Below, one piece after another: positions 60,139 to 64,000 of a stretch of DNA of 64,000 bases; position 1 is the first letter of the stretch; each line of letters begins with the position of its first letter. The stretch comes from Phycisphaerales bacterium. Lineage in GTDB: Bacteria > Planctomycetota > Phycisphaerae > Phycisphaerales > UBA1924. The notes beneath the pieces are model-generated. The model saw only the letters and a program-made list of their open reading frames with translations, made no database searches and had not been told where the DNA came from. Location: assembly GCA_965227775.1 (NCBI GenBank), contig OZ245777.1, forward strand, positions 2,592,001-2,656,000, read 5' to 3'. Made by a program: the position numbers and the translations under genes.

Positions 60139-60417
60139 TTAGTAGGGGTTCGGGTAGTTGCTCAGGCGGCTGGGACGGTCGACGTACCAGACCTTGCGCC
60201 AGTCAGCCCGCAGCATGCGGGTGTTCTCGCTGTTCATGATGGCGTACTCGTTGTCGGCATCGACCCAGCGCTGGTCGAGCGTCTCGAGCTCGGGAGCCAC
60301 GTTGTAGCGGAGGTAGGTGTGACGGCTCGACGAGCCACAGCCGGCCAGCAGCGACACGCTGGTCGCCGTCAGAAGGGCCGAGATCAGGACACGGCGGGTG
60401 GTCTGGCTGCGGGTCAT
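60139..60417 (-). CDS. Small lipoprotein of unknown function
   Basis: AGGAAGG RBS, lipobox LAGC, C-terminal 'DRPSRLS.YP'; strong terminator downstream. Confidence 0.75.
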   Translation of the reverse strand: MTRSQTTRRVLISALLTATSVSLLAGCGSSSRHTYLRYNVAPELETLDQRWVDADNEYAIMNSENTRMLRADWRKVWYVDRPSRLSNYPNPY

Positions 60418-60710
60418 GAAGGCCTTCCTTTGCTGTCTCGCGTGGCGGCGGTCGGGCCGCGGGAACTCTTCCTGAATACTACCGGCCGCCGGTCGGTGTG
60501 GTTGCTCCCCACGTGCACGGCAGGCCGCTGTTGTACGGTGCTGCGGCGGCCCGGTCAAGCGCCGCGGGACCCGGTTCGCGGACCGGTGACCGGCGGTTCT
60601 GGTCGCTGGGGCTCGATTTCTGCCCGCACCGGGCCTGCCTAACCGTATTTTGTTTGGATTGGCACCACCCACCGCTGGAGATACCTCTTGTGAACGCCGA
60701 AGACTGGATC

Positions 60711-60920
60711 ATGACAGCCGCCAGCCTCAGCAACGTGAGCATCGCCAACTCGGTGAGCATGGCCGTAGCCAGCAAGCAGCTGGATGCCGCAAGGGCCGAG
60801 GGGCGCGCCATCAACGCCCTTATCGAGGGTGCGGCACAGGTCGCAGACACCAGCCGCGGTGCCGTTTCGGTGAGCCCCGGACGAGGCGAGATCGGCGGCC
60901 AGATTGACGTAACTGGCTGA
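60711..60920 (+). CDS. YjfB-like putative motility protein
   Basis: 'VSMAVASKQLDAARAEG.AINALIE...GGQIDV' matches the YjfB pattern. Confidence 0.7.
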   Translation: MTAASLSNVSIANSVSMAVASKQLDAARAEGRAINALIEGAAQVADTSRGAVSVSPGRGEIGGQIDVTG

Positions 60921-60970
60921 GGCCTGGGTCGTACCCTTCCCTATTGGAGGGCACACCGAACAACCGAGAG

Positions 60971-61402
60971 ATGGTTGAGGCATTCGTCCGAGGTCAGGAT
61001 GTCCTGTGCCCAACGTGCAAGTACAACCTTCGTGACCTGACTTCTGGGGTCTGCCCCGAGTGCGGGGAGACGCCGCTGCTTCGTTTGCAAGCCGAGAAGC
61101 CGCGGGTCGGCTTGCTGGTGATGGGGCTCTTGCCTCTAGCTATGACACTAGGGTTCTTTTCGATCGTGACGGTGTCCACATTCGCGATCTTGCTTTGGCA
61201 GGGTTTTCGCTACTGGGAACCTGAGTTCTTCGTCTCCCCGGTGCTTGGTGTTGTTTTCGCGATGTTCACCTTCGCGTGGGTGCGGCGATGGACCCGGGTC
61301 AGGCGGTGGCCCCAGGGCCATCGCATCGCGATGGTCTCTGGATGCTGGCTCGCCATGGGTGTCGGAACGGCTGCGTTTCTCGCGGTCATGATGAGGATGT
61401 AA
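60971..61402 (+). CDS. Membrane protein with N-terminal CPxCxYNL..CPECG zinc ribbon
   Basis: CPTCKYNLRDLTSGVCPECG followed by three TM helices; start may be 60944. Confidence 0.7.
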   Translation: MVEAFVRGQDVLCPTCKYNLRDLTSGVCPECGETPLLRLQAEKPRVGLLVMGLLPLAMTLGFFSIVTVSTFAILLWQGFRYWEPEFFVSPVLGVVFAMFTFAWVRRWTRVRRWPQGHRIAMVSGCWLAMGVGTAAFLAVMMRM

Positions 61403-61545
61403 ACGAAGTGACTGCCACTCCGGCAGCCAAACACAAATTCTGACCTCGATTGATCTACTCAACTCCTCTGGCGGCCGCGCCAGAGGGGTTCGTGCGTTCG
61501 GCGCGCCCTTTGTACGGTGATTCTCCAGAATCGGAGGATTCGCCC

Positions 61546-64000
61546 ATGACGCCCGACAAGCTCACGACTGCCGCCCAACAGGTGCTCGCCGCCGCCCAGG
61601 CTTCAGCCTTAGGGAGTTCGAACCCCGAGGTCGGCTCTCTGCACGTGCTGGCCTCGATGCTCGAGGACAAGAACGGATCGGCCCGTTCGGTGCTCGACAA
61701 GGCCGGTGCGCGCGCCGATCGCGTGCTCCAGGTCGCCCAGGCCGAGCTAAAGAGCCTGCCAACCACGTCTTCGGCTGCCGGCCAGACCGGCCGCGAGATC
61801 ATGGGGGTGCTTCAGAAGGCCGACCAGCACGCCAAGGACATGGGCGATTCGTATATCGCCACCGAGCACTTGCTCCTGGCGTGCGCCCAAGAGGGCGGCG
61901 CCAAGCGCGTACTCGAAACGGTTGGCGCATCCACAAAGTCGATCGAGCAGGCAATCAGGGATATTCGCAAGGCGAGCGGCGTGCAGAATGTGACTGACCA
62001 GAACGCCGAAACGACCTACGAAGCTCTCAAGAAGTACGCGGTCGACCTTACCGAGAAGGCCCAGCAGGGCAAGCTCGACCCGGTCATCGGCCGCGACGAG
62101 GAAATCCGCCGCACCATGCAGGTGCTCAGCCGGCGCACCAAAAACAACCCCGTGCTCATCGGCGAGCCGGGCGTGGGCAAGACGGCCATCGCAGAGGGGC
62201 TCGCGCTTCGCATCGTCAACGGCGATTGCCCCGAGGGCATGCGCGACAAGCGGATCATGGCGCTCGATGTGGGGCAGTTGCTCGCGGGCGCCAAGTATCG
62301 CGGCGAGTTCGAAGAGCGGCTCAAGGCCGTGCTGAGGGAAGTGACGGCCAGCGAGGGCGAGGTCATCCTGTTCATCGACGAGCTGCACACCATCATCGGT
62401 GCCGGAGCGGCCGAGGGGGCCGTGAGTGCGGGCAACCTACTCAAGCCGGCGTTGGCACGCGGCGAGCTTCGGTGCATTGGCGCGACCACGCTGGACGAGT
62501 ATCGCAAGCACGTGGAGAAGGACCCGGCCTTCGAGCGGCGATTCCAGCCGATCTTCGTCGGCGAGCCCTCGGTCGAGGAGACCGTGGCAATCCTGCGTGG
62601 CCTCAAGGAACGCTACGAGGCCCACCACGGCGTCCGCATCCAGGACGGGGCGATCCTGGCAGCCGCGCAGCTCAGCCAGCGGTACATCGCAGACCGCTTC
62701 CTGCCCGACAAGGCGATCGATCTGATCGATGAGGCCGCGAGCCGCTTGCGCATCGAGAACGACAGCATGCCAACCGAGCTCGACGAGCTGCGGCGTCGGA
62801 TCATGCAACTTGAGATCGAACGCGAGGCGTTGAAGCTCGAGGAGTCGAGCGAGGGCAGCGCGAAAGAATTGGGCCGGATCGAGCAGGAGCTGGCCGAACT
62901 CCAGGAGAAGAACCGAGTCCTCACGAGCGAGTGGGAGGCCGAGAAGGCCGAGCTCGACCAGGTTAAGAGCATCAAGGAGACCATCGACGCCAAGCGCGTC
63001 GAGTTGGATCAGGCCCAGCGCCGGGGCGACCTGGAGACCGCAGCCCGTATCCAATATGGCGAAATGCGCGAGTTGGAGTCGGAGCTGGCCAAGGCCGACC
63101 AGGCGCTTCGTGACAAGGCCGAGCAGGGGGACCTGCTGGTGAAGGAAGAGGTCGACGCCGAGCAGGTGGCCGAAGTTGTCGGTCGGTGGACCGGCATCCC
63201 CGTCGCACGACTCGTCGAGAGCGAGCGCGACAAGCTGACGAGGATGGAGGAGCATCTACGCCAGAGAGTGATCGGCCAGGACGATGCGCTCCGGCTGGTA
63301 TCTGACGCGGTGCGCCGCAGCCGAGCGGGGCTGGGTGATCCCGATCGGCCGATCGGTAGCTTCCTTTTCCTTGGCCCGACAGGCGTGGGCAAGACCGAAA
63401 CGTGCAAGGCGCTCGCACAGTTCCTCTTTGATACCGAAGAGGCGCTCGTACGCATCGATATGAGCGAGTACATGGAGAAGCACGCGGTAAGCCGTCTCAT
63501 CGGCGCGCCTCCCGGGTATGTTGGTTACGACGAGGGTGGGGCGCTCACCGAGGCCGTGCGGCGGCGGCCGTACTGCGTCATCCTCCTCGACGAGGTCGAG
63601 AAGGCCCATCAGGACGTGTTCAACGTGCTCCTCCAATTGCTGGATGATGGCCGCCTGACCGATGGACAGGGCCGCACGGTCGACTTTCGCAACTGCATCG
63701 TGGTCATGACGAGCAACCTGGGCAGCCAGAAGATCCAGCAGATGACCGAGCAGGGTGCCGAGGACTGGGAGATCGAGGCCGCGGTGCGCGACCTGATCCG
63801 TCACGGCCCGGGCGTCGATGTCGCCGGCAAGGGGCTCAAGGCCGACGAGCAAAGCGGCGAGCTGAACGCACGCCTCAATCTCGATATGCGTGGCGCATTC
63901 TTCCGGCCCGAGCTGCTCAACCGCATTGACGAGGTCGCCGTGTTCCATCAACTCAAGAAGGATCAGCTTGGAGCGATCGCCGACATCCAGCTTGAGCGGC
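61546..64000 (+). CDS. clpB: ATP-dependent chaperone ClpB (runs off the window end)
   Basis: [32 protein letters not shown], coiled-coil M domain, [29 protein letters not shown]. Confidence 0.96.
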   Translation, partial: MTPDKLTTAAQQVLAAAQASALGSSNPEVGSLHVLASMLEDKNGSARSVLDKAGARADRVLQVAQAELKSLPTTSSAAGQTGREIMGVLQKADQHAKDMGDSYIATEHLLLACAQEGGAKRVLETVGASTKSIEQAIRDIRKASGVQNVTDQNAETTYEALKKYAVDLTEKAQQGKLDPVIGRDEEIRRTMQVLSRRTKNNPVLIGEPGVGKTAIAEGLALRIVNGDCPEGMRDKRIMALDVGQLLAGAKYRGEFEERLKAVLREVTASEGEVILFIDELHTIIGAGAAEGAVSAGNLLKPALARGELRCIGATTLDEYRKHVEKDPAFERRFQPIFVGEPSVEETVAILRGLKERYEAHHGVRIQDGAILAAAQLSQRYIADRFLPDKAIDLIDEAASRLRIENDSMPTELDELRRRIMQLEIEREALKLEESSEGSAKELGRIEQELAELQEKNRVLTSEWEAEKAELDQVKSIKETIDAKRVELDQAQRRGDLETAARIQYGEMRELESELAKADQALRDKAEQGDLLVKEEVDAEQVAEVVGRWTGIPVARLVESERDKLTRMEEHLRQRVIGQDDALRLVSDAVRRSRAGLGDPDRPIGSFLFLGPTGVGKTETCKALAQFLFDTEEALVRIDMSEYMEKHAVSRLIGAPPGYVGYDEGGALTEAVRRRPYCVILLDEVEKAHQDVFNVLLQLLDDGRLTDGQGRTVDFRNCIVVMTSNLGSQKIQQMTEQGAEDWEIEAAVRDLIRHGPGVDVAGKGLKADEQSGELNARLNLDMRGAFFRPELLNRIDEVAVFHQLKKDQLGAIADIQLER

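Noticed and set aside
61410..61515. CIRCE or sigma-54 promoter upstream of clpB
   Set aside because: No TTAGCACTC-N9-GAGTGCTAA; CGGCGCGCCCTTTGTA lacks the conserved -12 GC, so it is too weak to call.

Overview
High-GC bacterial chromosome segment, most consistent with a Planctomycetota (Phycisphaerales-like) genome. This is inferred from the prepilin/H-Xn-DG protein, the C-terminal dockerin-GC modules, a PEP-CTERM-like protein and the lspA-dksA-accA arrangement. Housekeeping genes (tyrS, katG, lspA, accA, proC, pcp, dapF, ndk, asd, clpB) and RND, ABC and MATE exporters alternate with secreted proteins. The most striking feature is TEN unrelated secreted proteins (nuclease/phosphatase, subtilase, beta-helix, beta-propellers, FG-GAP and unknown domains) that all end in the same ~55-aa duplicated Ca-binding dockerin-like module closing with Gly-Cys. 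The module shows paired Cys gain/loss and a distinct 'TFSN' subtype, suggesting a modular surface-display system whose receptor is not visible here. Other highlights: a Fur-box-controlled locus (dockerin protein + heme oxygenase, divergent pseudopilin); an exported lipoprotein with a JAMM/JAB-like motif in an operon with M48, dapF and M20; an atypical SAM-I-class riboswitch over a metB/AK-HSDH operon; GGA-rich leaders ahead of both flgM and csrA; a degenerate 21-bp tandem repeat array; and an unlisted small DUF1328 gene. No rRNA, tRNA, CRISPR array or transposase was recognised. All calls come from reading the sequence only; no database searches were run.
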